Shown here in pieces: positions 31,383 through 43,724 of a stretch of 64,000 nucleotides of DNA. The translations under genes were made by a program, and so were the position numbers. Origin of the DNA: Gammaproteobacteria bacterium (lineage in GTDB: Bacteria > Pseudomonadota > Gammaproteobacteria > S012-40); NCBI GenBank assembly GCA_015487785.1, contig WFPC01000004.1:18336-82335 (forward strand), in the 5' to 3' direction. Under the pieces are notes generated by a model. That model had not been told where the DNA came from, made no database searches, and saw only the letters and a list, made by a program, of their open reading frames with translations. How positions within the stretch are numbered: position 1 is the first letter of the stretch; every line of letters begins with the position of its first letter.

Positions 31383-32885
31383 ATGGAATTCGGTGTCAAA
31401 CTGAGCGCGGCTCACAGCCTGCGCAGCCAGTGTCTGGTAGTGCCGTTGTTCGAAACCCGCAAGCTCGCCGGTGTCGTCGCCGAACTCGACGCCATTGGCG
31501 ACAAGGCCATCGGCAAGCGAATCAAACAGGGTGACTTCCGCGGCAAGCTGGGGCAGACCTTGATGCTCTATGACGTGCCGGGCATCAGCGCGCCGCGTCT
31601 GTTGTTGCTGGGATGTGGCAAGGCCCGGAAGTTCGAGGCCGGGGCCTTCGCCAAGGCGGTGGCCGAGGGGGTGAATGCCCTCAAGCAGGCCGAGGTGAGC
31701 AATGCCGCCTGGTTGATCGAGACCATGGAAGTGGAGGAGCGTGACCTGCACTGGAAGGTTTGTCAGGCGGTGCAGACGGCCGATGCCGCCTTGTATTCTT
31801 TCGATCGCCTGAAGAGCCGCGAGGACGACGATGCGCAACAGCCGGCGCTGAAAAAGATCTGGTGGGTGATTGCCGACAAGACGCACAAGAGCGAGGCCGA
31901 GCGGGCCTGTGCCGAGGGCATGGCCATTGCCAACGGAGTGCGCCTGGCGCGTGACCTGGGCAACCTGCCGGGCAACATCTGCACGCCCACCTATCTGGCC
32001 CAGCAGGCCGAAGGCTTTGCCAATCACTACGACTGCATCGAGACCGAAGTGCTGGAAGAGCACGACATGGAACAACTGGGCATGGGTGCGCTGTTATCGG
32101 TGTCCCGGGGCAGTCGCCAGCCGGCCAAGCTCATCCTCATGCATTACCGTGGCGCGCCCGACGACCAGCCGCCGGTAGTGCTGGTGGGCAAGGGGCTCAC
32201 CTTCGATGCCGGTGGTATCTCGTTGAAGCCCGCCGCCGCCATGGACGAGATGAAATACGATATGTGCGGTGGCGCCAGCGTATTCGGCACCCTGCGTGCC
32301 CTGGTGGATCTGCAACTGCCCATCAACGTGATCGGGGTGGTGCCCAGCTCGGAGAACCTGCCCGATGGCAATGCCAACAAGCCCGGCGATATCGTCACCA
32401 GTCTGTCGGGCAAGACCATCGAAATCCTCAACACCGATGCCGAGGGCCGGCTTATCTTGTGTGATGCGCTCACCTATGTGGAACGTTTCGAGCCAGCCGC
32501 GGTAATCGATGTGGCCACCCTCACCGGTGCCTGCGTTATCGCCCTGGGCAAGCATGCCAGCGGCCTGTTCAGCAACGACGAGGCCCTGGTGGGCGAGTTG
32601 GAGGCGGCCGCACAATTCACCCGTGACCGGGTCTGGCGCCTGCCCCTGTGGGACGACTACCAGGAACAACTCAAGAGCAATTTCGCCGACATGGCCAACA
32701 TCGGCGGGCGCGAGGCGGGCAGTATCACGGCCGCCTGTTTTTTGGCGCGGTTCGCGGAAAACTACCCCTGGGCCCATCTCGACATCGCTGGTACCGCCTG
32801 GCTCAGCGGCAAGGACAAGGGGGCCACCGGCCGCCCGGTACCCCTGCTCACTCGCTTGTTGATCGAGCGCAGTCGATCTGAATAG
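31383..32885 (+). CDS. pepA: Leucyl aminopeptidase (M17)
   Basis: VGKGLTFDAGG, MKYDMCG, NTDAEGRL, AHLDIAGT. Confidence 0.96.
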   Translation: MEFGVKLSAAHSLRSQCLVVPLFETRKLAGVVAELDAIGDKAIGKRIKQGDFRGKLGQTLMLYDVPGISAPRLLLLGCGKARKFEAGAFAKAVAEGVNALKQAEVSNAAWLIETMEVEERDLHWKVCQAVQTADAALYSFDRLKSREDDDAQQPALKKIWWVIADKTHKSEAERACAEGMAIANGVRLARDLGNLPGNICTPTYLAQQAEGFANHYDCIETEVLEEHDMEQLGMGALLSVSRGSRQPAKLILMHYRGAPDDQPPVVLVGKGLTFDAGGISLKPAAAMDEMKYDMCGGASVFGTLRALVDLQLPINVIGVVPSSENLPDGNANKPGDIVTSLSGKTIEILNTDAEGRLILCDALTYVERFEPAAVIDVATLTGACVIALGKHASGLFSNDEALVGELEAAAQFTRDRVWRLPLWDDYQEQLKSNFADMANIGGREAGSITAACFLARFAENYPWAHLDIAGTAWLSGKDKGATGRPVPLLTRLLIERSRSE

Positions 32886-32934
32886 GGCATGGATTTTGCT
32901 GCCTTATCTGGCGTTGCACTGAAATTTGACACCC

Positions 32935-33366
32935 ATGACGCGGGTTGATTTTTACGTGCTCCAGGACGACGCGCCGGCTGCCCGGGAGCAGTTCGCCTGC
33001 CGGTTGGCGGAAAAGGCCTTCAAGCGGGGACACCGGGTTCATCTGCGTACCCGTGATGCACAGCACAGCCAGATGCTGGACGACCTGTTGTGGAGCTTTC
33101 GTCAGGGCAGCTTCGTGCCCCACCTCCGGCTGGACGAGGGGGCGCAGCAGGCGGGGGAGGATGCGCCGGTGACCCTTGGTGCCCAAGCGCCGCCCGCGCA
33201 CAGCGATGTGCTGGTGAACCTGACCGACCAGTTGCCCGAGCTGTCCGCCGGTGTCCAGCGCATCGTCGAGGTGCTCGATGCCAGTGCGCATACGCGGGCC
33301 CAGGCGCGACAACGTTATCGCCACTATCGCGAACAGGGTTTCCGCGTCCACTCGCACACGCTATGA
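32935..33366 (+). CDS. holC: DNA polymerase III chi subunit
   Basis: MTRVDFY, ACRLAEKA, LDDLLWSF..SFVPH, ARQRYRHYR. Confidence 0.93.
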   Translation: MTRVDFYVLQDDAPAAREQFACRLAEKAFKRGHRVHLRTRDAQHSQMLDDLLWSFRQGSFVPHLRLDEGAQQAGEDAPVTLGAQAPPAHSDVLVNLTDQLPELSAGVQRIVEVLDASAHTRAQARQRYRHYREQGFRVHSHTL

Positions 33367-33385
33367 ATCACAGCAGGAAAACGCC

Positions 33386-34489
33386 ATGGCCGATTCGACC
33401 ACAAAGATCAGTTCCGAGCCCGAGGAAAAGAATACCACTCCAGCCTCGTCCGAACTCGAGGACTGGCCCTCGGTGCTGGACCAGCTCGAGCAGGGCAGCC
33501 AGGTGGCCGATGACGACGACAAGGGTGAGCTGTCCTTGCTCGACGAAGCCATAGCGGAACTGGATCAGGCATCCAAGACCATCAGCACCGTGGCCGGCGA
33601 ATTCGAATTCGATCTGCCCGAACAACAAGCGACCGAAGAAGACGACAACATCCCCGTGCTGGAGGAAGCCGTCAGCCTGCCCACCGATTCGCAGGCCGCC
33701 AATGAAGCTGCCATTCCCACTCTGGGCGAGTCCGCCATCGTCATTCATGCACAGGAACAGGCTGGAGAGACAGAGGCCGAGCCCGGCGACGAGGAACGCG
33801 AGGAGCTGCTTTCCGAGTTGGAGGTCATTGCCCAGGATCTGAGCCTGCCGGCAGAGGAGGACGCGGACGCCGGCGCGGAGCTGGTCATGCACGAACAGGA
33901 AGAAGCCCTGCTGGAGCAGGCCCTGTCCGGTGACATCGACGCGTCGTCCGGGCACCAGTCTCCTCCCTCCTCCCTGTCCGGTTTCAGTGATTCCGAGCTG
34001 GAACATTTGCCTTCCTTCGTCGAAGCTGTCAGCGAAACCGTGGAATCAGCGGACGACATGCAAGATGCCGCCTCCGACGAGTCAGTCTCCCAGATGCCGC
34101 AGCCCGATCCCGACGAGGAACAAACCCGCGAGGCTGTCGTCGGCGCAGAGCCCGGGCCGAGCCCGTCGGAGGCGCACGACGCGCCACTCGACACTCCTGG
34201 AGCCGTGGCAGCCACGGCGGGCCTGGGCAGCAGCCTGCACGACGCCCTCAGCCGCCGGCTGGAAAGCCTGGTCAGCGAGGCCATTGCCTCGCTCAACGAC
34301 GAGTTGCAGCAGCAACTGGCAGGGCGCATGGAGAGTCTGTTGCTGGAAGCAGTGGACCAGGCCATGCCCGGTCTGATGGAACAACTGGCCAGCGGCCTGC
34401 GCCAGCAGGTGCAAAGTCATGTACAGCAAGAACTGCCCCGCATCGTCGGCGACATGCTGGGCAGCATTCGCGTCGACGAGCAAACCTGA
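33386..34489 (+). CDS. Highly acidic, largely disordered hypothetical protein with C-terminal helical region
   Basis: AGGA RBS; D/E/S/P-rich; IPVLEEAV motif; fills the holC-valS gap. Confidence 0.8.
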   Translation: MADSTTKISSEPEEKNTTPASSELEDWPSVLDQLEQGSQVADDDDKGELSLLDEAIAELDQASKTISTVAGEFEFDLPEQQATEEDDNIPVLEEAVSLPTDSQAANEAAIPTLGESAIVIHAQEQAGETEAEPGDEEREELLSELEVIAQDLSLPAEEDADAGAELVMHEQEEALLEQALSGDIDASSGHQSPPSSLSGFSDSELEHLPSFVEAVSETVESADDMQDAASDESVSQMPQPDPDEEQTREAVVGAEPGPSPSEAHDAPLDTPGAVAATAGLGSSLHDALSRRLESLVSEAIASLNDELQQQLAGRMESLLLEAVDQAMPGLMEQLASGLRQQVQSHVQQELPRIVGDMLGSIRVDEQT

Positions 34490-34581
34490 CCCGGCGCCCT
34501 GTCCCTGGCGAGAGAGCACCTCTTGCCTGATCCTGCCCCCGGCTCATGTATAATACGCGCTCTTTTTCGAGCCACGACGAC

Positions 34582-37413
<2,832 letters not shown>

Positions 37414-37606
37414 GCGCGAAAGTGTATTTCGCCCACATTCCGTGAGCGGGAAATCGCCGCAATCGGGCTGGAGCTTCGTGCCCGGAGGCCGATACAAACC
37501 ATTTACAGCCGCAGTTTCTCAACACTGCACAACGGGTTATGATGAGCCCTCGCAATGGGCCGGCTCGCCTCCCGGCCCCGGGTCTACGATGATAAAAGGT
37601 GTGAGC

Positions 37607-38875
37607 ATGCAACAAAAACACAGCGACTGGTCGGTGGTCTGTCACAGTGATTTCGGCGGCAAGGGAACGGTGGCCGTGGTGGAACCCGAAGGCGAGGGAT
37701 TTCGCGTTGTCCGGCTGGAGGAAGCCGCGGCCAGCGGCGAGCCTCCCGAGCGACGGCCGGTGTTCTTCGGCGTGGACGGCGAGCACCGCGCCATTCTGAT
37801 GAACGCGGTGGACAAGACCGTGCGTCACGCGGCCGCCGTGCCGGCAGATGCCTTTCCCGCCTATGCCTATCGTGACGATGCCCACGGGCGCATCTGGTTC
37901 ATGAACGACGGTGACAAGGAAACCGGCAACGATACCCTCAACTGTGGTGACCAGGGCGCCTCGGTGACCATCGTCGAGCGGTCCTCGGCACGGGTGCTCA
38001 AAACCCTGTGCGTGGGCCGGGGCCACCACGTGACCCTGTTCTGGCAGGCCGCCGAGGGCCAGTCCTGCCAGCCGGCCAGGAAGGCCTTCGTGAGCAACCT
38101 GCTGGACGGCACGATCAGCGTGGTGGGCAACGACGCCGACGACCCCGAGACCTTCCTGCAGATCATCGACACCATCAACCTGGCCGAGGCCGAGCACGAG
38201 GACGGGCGGGCCGATGCCCTGCCCAACAAGGCCTTTCCCCACGGCATGGTGTATTCCGCCGTCAGCGGCAGGCTCTACAACCTCAACAACGGCTACGGCA
38301 CCATCGCCGTGATCGACCCGGTGAGTCACGCCATCGAGCGCCGTCTGCCGCTCAAGGGGTGCAGCAACCTGCTGGACAGCCCCGACGGACGTTTCCTCAT
38401 CGGCAAAGGGGCCGACCGCAAGTCCGACCCGGAGCACGTGATCGGCAGGCTGGTGGTGATCGATGCCGTCAGTGGCGAGCAATTGCAGAGCCTGAGCCTG
38501 CCCGACTACTATCCCAGCGTGTATCGCTTCAGCCCCGATGGCCGCCGGCTCTATCTCACCTCCGCCAGCACCGGCAAGGGCGTCCAGCGTGACAATCTGA
38601 ACAAAACTGTGGTGCAGGTCTACGACACCAGTCGCCTGCCGGAAATCAACTTGCTCGAAACCCTCGAGGTGGGTCTGGCCGACTGTGGCCGCCGGCCCAT
38701 CGCCTTCGCCCGCCGGGGCGCGGGCCTGAGCCACGTGTTCATCCCCAATCCCAGCGATGGCACTCTGAGTATCTTCGATGCCGGGCACAAGCACCTGGCC
38801 ACGCTGGAGATCAGTGCGCCGGGCAGCCAGGAAGTGTTGTTCTCCTTCTGGGGTGAGGGCATCAGCGGCGCCTGA
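37607..38875 (+). CDS. YncE/YVTN-like beta-propeller protein, no signal peptide
   Basis: Repeats such as FVSNLLDGTISVV, GTIAVID, SPDGRFL, FSPDGRRLYL, NPSDGTLSIFD. Confidence 0.75.
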   Translation: MQQKHSDWSVVCHSDFGGKGTVAVVEPEGEGFRVVRLEEAAASGEPPERRPVFFGVDGEHRAILMNAVDKTVRHAAAVPADAFPAYAYRDDAHGRIWFMNDGDKETGNDTLNCGDQGASVTIVERSSARVLKTLCVGRGHHVTLFWQAAEGQSCQPARKAFVSNLLDGTISVVGNDADDPETFLQIIDTINLAEAEHEDGRADALPNKAFPHGMVYSAVSGRLYNLNNGYGTIAVIDPVSHAIERRLPLKGCSNLLDSPDGRFLIGKGADRKSDPEHVIGRLVVIDAVSGEQLQSLSLPDYYPSVYRFSPDGRRLYLTSASTGKGVQRDNLNKTVVQVYDTSRLPEINLLETLEVGLADCGRRPIAFARRGAGLSHVFIPNPSDGTLSIFDAGHKHLATLEISAPGSQEVLFSFWGEGISGA

Positions 38876-38887
38876 GCCTTTTTCTCC

Positions 38888-38915
38888 CGGGCGCCGCCGT
38901 GGCCGGCGGCGCCCG
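38888..38915. terminator. 12-bp perfect GC hairpin after the beta-propeller gene
   Basis: CGGGCGCCGCCG-TGGC-CGGCGGCGCCCG; weak U-tail. Confidence 0.5.
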
Positions 38916-38962
38916 CACTGTTTGCCCTCCAGTACGTGTTTGGCGAGAAACGTTTAAAGCGC

Positions 38963-39056
38963 TAAAGCCTTCAGCGTCTCGTCCGCTAATGAAAGTGGTA
39001 CGGCACTGTGAAAAAACGGCAATGGGGCTAAAGCTTGACCCGAGAGTTGCCGAAAC
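38963..39056 (+). promoter_or_regulatory. Two sigma28-like promoters upstream of the aer-like gene
   Basis: TAAA-N15-TCCGCTAA (38963-38989) and TAAA-N16-GCCGAAAC (39029-39056). Confidence 0.5.
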
Positions 39057-39109
39057 CTTTTTCACAACAATGAAAACGTTTCACTTTTCAGATCGATACA
39101 GAGTGAGCC

Positions 39110-40693
39110 ATGAAAAAGAACTTTCCCATCACCGGGGTTGAAAACAATTACCCAGACGATATCCACATCGTCTCGACAACGGATTGCAAGGGTATCATCA
39201 CGTCGTTCAACGAGGACTTTCTCACGGTCAGCGGTTTCGCGCCGGAGGAATTGCTCAAGAAAAACCACAATGTGGTGCGCCATCCCGACATGCCACCGGC
39301 GGCCTTCGCCGATCTGTGGCAGGTTGCCAAGGCTGGCAAGCCCTGGATGGGAATCGTCAAGAATCGCGACAAGCAGGGCAATCACTACTGGGTGGATGCC
39401 TATGTGACGCCCATCTACGAAGGCGGGCAGGTGGTGGGCTACCAGTCGGTGCGGGTCAAGCCCGACCGCACCCACGTGAAACGGGCAGAAAAACTCTATC
39501 AGGCCCTGAACAAGGGGCTCTCACCCTGGCAGAAGCTGCGAGGCAGGCTGCAGTTCGGATTGATGGGCAAGATCGTGACCGGGTATGCCCTGGCCCTGTT
39601 GCCGGCGCTGGCCGCGCTGTGGTGGCTGGATCTGCCCCGGGAGATACTGCTGGGCGTGGTGGCGCTCACCGCCCTGGCCGGTGGCCTGGTGGCCGCCAAG
39701 CTCATCGCCCGCCCCTGGCAACAGGCCGCCGCGGCCAGCCGGGATATCTTCGCCAATGCCGTGGCGCAGCAGGTCTATACCGGGCGTGATGACGAACTGG
39801 GCCAGTTGCAACTGGTTATCCAGGCTCAGGAGGCCAAGCTGCGCACGGTGATCTGGCGGCTGGATGCTGCCGCCAGCAAGGTGGACGAGATTGCCGCCAG
39901 TACCGCCGAGGTGGTGGAGCGCACCGACCAGGGCATCCAGCAGCAGCAAGTGGAACTGGAACAAGTGGCCACGGCGATGAACGAAATGGTGGCCACGGTG
40001 CAGGAAGTGGCGCGCAATGCCGCCGACACCGCCCAGGCCACCGAAGCGGCCGACAAGGAAGTGATGCAGGGCAAGGCCGTGGTGACCCAGACCATCGACG
40101 GTATCAACCGCCTGGCCGAGGAGATCGAACGGGCCTCCGCGGCCATCAGCAAGCTCGCCCAGGACAGCGAGCAGATCGGTGGCGTGGTGGATGTGATCCG
40201 CAGTATTGCCGAGCAGACCAACCTGTTGGCGCTGAACGCGGCCATCGAGGCGGCCCGTGCCGGCGAGCAGGGACGGGGTTTCGCGGTGGTGGCCGACGAG
40301 GTGCGCACCCTGGCCAGCCGCACGCAGGAATCCACCGAGGAAATCCAGAACATGATAGAGCGCCTGCAACAGGCCTCGGGTGAGGCGGTGCAGGTGATGG
40401 AGCAGGGCCAGCGCATCAGCCAGGCCAGCGTGGAGGAAGCCCAAAATACCGGCGAGTCGCTGGATCGCATCACCCAGGCGGTGAAGAACATCTACGACAT
40501 GAGCACCCAGATCGCCTCGGCGGCGGAGGAGCAGAGCAGCGTGTCGGAGGAGATTAATCGCAATCTCACCAACATCCATCAAGTGGCCGAGAACACGGCC
40601 AGTCAGTCGGTGGAAACCGCGCGTTCCACACAGGAGCTGTTACTGGAGGCCGACCGTCTGCGCGCCATGGTGCATCAGTTCGGTTCAGGGTGA
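39110..40693 (+). CDS. aer: Aer-like PAS-domain chemoreceptor
   Basis: [43 protein letters not shown] hairpin, MCP signalling domain. Confidence 0.9.
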   Translation: MKKNFPITGVENNYPDDIHIVSTTDCKGIITSFNEDFLTVSGFAPEELLKKNHNVVRHPDMPPAAFADLWQVAKAGKPWMGIVKNRDKQGNHYWVDAYVTPIYEGGQVVGYQSVRVKPDRTHVKRAEKLYQALNKGLSPWQKLRGRLQFGLMGKIVTGYALALLPALAALWWLDLPREILLGVVALTALAGGLVAAKLIARPWQQAAAASRDIFANAVAQQVYTGRDDELGQLQLVIQAQEAKLRTVIWRLDAAASKVDEIAASTAEVVERTDQGIQQQQVELEQVATAMNEMVATVQEVARNAADTAQATEAADKEVMQGKAVVTQTIDGINRLAEEIERASAAISKLAQDSEQIGGVVDVIRSIAEQTNLLALNAAIEAARAGEQGRGFAVVADEVRTLASRTQESTEEIQNMIERLQQASGEAVQVMEQGQRISQASVEEAQNTGESLDRITQAVKNIYDMSTQIASAAEEQSSVSEEINRNLTNIHQVAENTASQSVETARSTQELLLEADRLRAMVHQFGSG

Positions 40694-40717
40694 GTTTCCT
40701 CATTTTCATCGCCAAGA

Positions 40718-40747
40718 GAGCGGGCTCTTCGAGCCCGCTTTGTTTTT
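40718..40747 (+). terminator. Rho-independent terminator
   Basis: AGCGGGCTC-TTC-GAGCCCGCT followed by TTGTTTTT. Confidence 0.8.
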
Positions 40748-40859
40748 CAGGGCGTCTTTTGCGCGTAATGCCCGGTGTACCTTGGTGTAGCTCATGGCTG
40801 TCAATTTGTGTGCGCTTATAGTATGTTTCGCCAAACTTTATCGAGGGAGATCTTGTCCG

Positions 40860-41636
40860 ATGTCGAAAAAATGCGTTTCTGTACTGTTGTTGCTGTTTGG
40901 TCTGGTTCTGGCGTCCACCGCCCAGGCACGCCATTTCAAGGTCTATGGCTACAAGACACCGGAGGCCGGCGAAACCGAACTGGTCTACTGGAACGACTAC
41001 GTGGCCGGGTCGACCAAGAGCATGGCCTTCTTTGGCAAGAACGTCGATCGTGAGGGTCTGCTGATACACACCCTGGAGGTGGAGTATGGCCTCACCGATC
41101 GTCTCAAGCTGGCGGCCTACCTGGATGCCGAACAGCCCGCGGGAGAGAATCTCGAAGTGGCGCGGGCCCGCGTGGTGGCGGCGCATTACCGCTTCGGCAA
41201 TCCCGGCGAGCGTTTCTTCGATCCGGCCATCTACATCGAATACTACCTGCCCCGGCCGGCCTACCTGGGCTATGCCAAGGAGCGGGTGGAGGCGCGCATC
41301 ATCCTGGAGAAGAAACTCGGTGACATGGTGCTGAAGCTGAACCCGGTGCTGGAAAAGGTGGTCAGCGGCCCCAAGGTGGACGAAGGCATGGAACTGGCCT
41401 ATAGCGCTAGCCTCTATGGCCCGGTGTCCGACAGACTCAAGTGGGGTATCGAGTACTATGGTGGCGTGGGCGAGCTGGTGGCGGTCAAGCCGCTCGACGA
41501 ACAGAAGAACTACCTGGTGCCCGCCGTCACCTATAAGTTCAGCAAGCATCTCAAGTGGAACATCGGTGCGGCCTTCGGTATCACCAAGGCGGCCGACGAC
41601 CTGGTGATCAAGAACATCGTCGAATGGGAGTTGTAA
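40860..41636 (+). CDS. Hypothetical outer-membrane beta-barrel protein
   Basis: Signal peptide ending AQA; amphipathic strands; ends IVEWEL. Confidence 0.7.
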   Translation: MSKKCVSVLLLLFGLVLASTAQARHFKVYGYKTPEAGETELVYWNDYVAGSTKSMAFFGKNVDREGLLIHTLEVEYGLTDRLKLAAYLDAEQPAGENLEVARARVVAAHYRFGNPGERFFDPAIYIEYYLPRPAYLGYAKERVEARIILEKKLGDMVLKLNPVLEKVVSGPKVDEGMELAYSASLYGPVSDRLKWGIEYYGGVGELVAVKPLDEQKNYLVPAVTYKFSKHLKWNIGAAFGITKAADDLVIKNIVEWEL

Positions 41637-42376
41637 ACCGAATCGTTCCGTCCCTGGTATTCGGCATGCTGGTGCTGGGCGGATGTGCCCGGACCAGCAT
41701 GCCGGACGCCGATCCTGCGCACGGGGATTCGCCGGACGCGAGCATCGACAGTGCGGCCACGGCCTATGAAATCGCTGCCATCGTCTACCGTCTGGTGGCG
41801 CTGGATGTACCCTATACCGCCTCGGTATCCATGACCGCCAGTGGCGAGGTCAACCAGGCTGCTTGCAGCAGCGGGAGTATCGGGGGTGAAGGGGGCATGA
41901 TCATGGAAGGTGAACGCATGATCGGGGGCATGAACATGCGCTTCGAGTCCTGTGCGCTGGCCGGTAGCCCCAGCGGGCATGCGTTGGTTGTGGACGGCGG
42001 TTGTTTCAATCGCATGGACGATGGCGCGGAAACCGTCAGCGGCGAGGAGGTGGTTTTCACTGTGGCCGGTGTGGGCCATACCCTACATGACTTTTCCATC
42101 AGCCGGGATGGCCGGCGCATGTTCACGGCCAAGGGTTATGTGCACGGCCTGGGCGAGAATGCCGATCGAGTGGCTTCTTTTTCCACGCCCAGCCGGTTCG
42201 AGTACGACGCCAGCGGGCAACTGCTGGCGGGCAGCCTGCTGATCCGCGGCGCTCAGGGTAGTACGGTCCGTCTCACAGTGACCGATGCCAATGAGTTTGT
42301 CCTGGCCACCGACATGGATGGCGATGCTGTGGTCGACGATCAGCAAAGTTATTCCTGGGCGGGTTTCACCCCCTGA
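41624..42376 (+). CDS. Hypothetical lipoprotein
   Basis: Lipobox LGGC; overlaps the upstream gene end; Met-rich segment; DMDGDAVVD Ca-loop-like motif. Confidence 0.65.
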   Translation: MGVVNRIVPSLVFGMLVLGGCARTSMPDADPAHGDSPDASIDSAATAYEIAAIVYRLVALDVPYTASVSMTASGEVNQAACSSGSIGGEGGMIMEGERMIGGMNMRFESCALAGSPSGHALVVDGGCFNRMDDGAETVSGEEVVFTVAGVGHTLHDFSISRDGRRMFTAKGYVHGLGENADRVASFSTPSRFEYDASGQLLAGSLLIRGAQGSTVRLTVTDANEFVLATDMDGDAVVDDQQSYSWAGFTP

Positions 42377-42418
42377 GAGACCGGCTGGGCGGGGATATAC
42401 CGTAAGACGCATGCGGCC

Positions 42419-42451
42419 TTGACGCCGCAAATGATAATGATTATTATTTAC
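42419..42451 (+). promoter_or_regulatory. sigma70 promoter overlapped by Fur boxes
   Basis: TTGACG-N17-TATTAT; two 19-mers offset by 6 bp (42427-42445, 42433-42451), each 15/19 to GATAATGATAATCATTATC. Confidence 0.8.
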
Positions 42452-42453
42452 TC

Positions 42454-42556
42454 GTCTGGCTTTGCCGGCACCCGGTTTCCCGTCCCCTTTTCTCCCTCCC
42501 TCAGCGGGAAGCCGGGTCTAATTTTCTCCTTTGCGTGACCGTCTTGGGTCATTTCC
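42454..42556 (+). ncRNA. Candidate Fur-repressed small RNA
   Basis: Follows the Fur-boxed promoter; 12-bp stem CCCGGTTTCCCG/CGGGAAGCCGGG with pyrimidine loop containing CTCCCT; second TTCTCCT; no evident ORF. Confidence 0.45.
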
Positions 42557-42629
42557 CACAACAGGGTCCGGTGTTATCAAGCCGGTAACAATAGACTAGA
42601 CTGACAGCTTCACCAGGCGGGGAATTAGG

Positions 42630-43724
42630 GTGGTCGTCGATCGTTATCTGATACGGGAAATCGGTAGTGCGCTGCTGGCGGTGCTGGGAGTGTTGCTGTT
42701 GATTTTCATGAGCAAGCACTTCGTGCGCTACATGTCGGATGCCGCTGCCGGTGAGCTGCCCGCTTACCTGATTACCCAGTTGCTGGGTCTGTTCACCCTG
42801 GCATATCTGCCCCTGTTGATTCCTTTTGCGCTGTTCATCGCCGTGCTGATTGCCATGGGGCGCCTGTACAAGGACAGCGAGATGACTGCCCTGGCAGCCT
42901 GTGGCGTGGGTATTCCCCGGATTCTGCAAACGGTCCTGGGGCTGGGTTTGGTCACCGCGATAGTGGTGGGGATTATGTCCTTCTGGCTTGCGCCTTGGGC
43001 CGAGCGCGTGCAGTACGACTTGCGTGACCGCGCGGCGATGGAATCGGAGTTCAGTTTCTTGGCGCCGGGGCGGTTCCACCCGGTGCGCGGCGGCAAGGGG
43101 GTGTTCTACCTGGAGAGCATGTCGCAAGACAAGCGCCAGATGCGAGAGGTTTTCGTTTTCTTGCAGGATGAACGGGGACAAGCGGTTTTTTCCGCGGCCA
43201 GCGCCCATCAATATCTCGATCCTGACACTGGCAGCCGGTACTTGGTACTGGAAGACGGCTATCGTTTCGAGCGCCTGAGCGGCGAACAAGGGTTTCGCTT
43301 TTACCAGTATGCCGCCAGTGGCGTGCGGGTCGAGCCGCGTGTGCCGGCCACGGTGCAGCGCCCGCGCATCGCCTGGCCCGGCAGTCGTCTGCTGGAAGCA
43401 GGCGATGCCGCTTCCTGGGCCGAGTTGCACTGGCGCATCGCCATGCCGATTTCCAGTCTCTTGCTGGTGCTACTGGCGGTATTGCTGAGTCGCACCGATC
43501 CGCGGCAGGGCCGTTTCGGCAAGCTGTTTCTGGCCCTGCTGGTATACATTGCTTACTTCTATATGCTGACCCTGGGGCGGGCCTGGCTCAAGGACGGACT
43601 CATCCCCTCGTCCCTGGGCCTGTGGTGGGCCCATGGCCTGGCGCTGGGGCTGGTGGTGGTATTGCTGGGGCGCCAGCTCGGTTGGCGCAACCTGTTTGCG
43701 GGGCGCCTCGATGCGGCTGCTTGA
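42630..43724 (+). CDS. lptF: LPS export permease LptF
   Basis: DRYLIREI, GRLYKDSEMTALAACG, AELHWRIAMP, PRQGRFGKL. Confidence 0.93.
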   Translation: MVVDRYLIREIGSALLAVLGVLLLIFMSKHFVRYMSDAAAGELPAYLITQLLGLFTLAYLPLLIPFALFIAVLIAMGRLYKDSEMTALAACGVGIPRILQTVLGLGLVTAIVVGIMSFWLAPWAERVQYDLRDRAAMESEFSFLAPGRFHPVRGGKGVFYLESMSQDKRQMREVFVFLQDERGQAVFSAASAHQYLDPDTGSRYLVLEDGYRFERLSGEQGFRFYQYAASGVRVEPRVPATVQRPRIAWPGSRLLEAGDAASWAELHWRIAMPISSLLLVLLAVLLSRTDPRQGRFGKLFLALLVYIAYFYMLTLGRAWLKDGLIPSSLGLWWAHGLALGLVVVLLGRQLGWRNLFAGRLDAAA

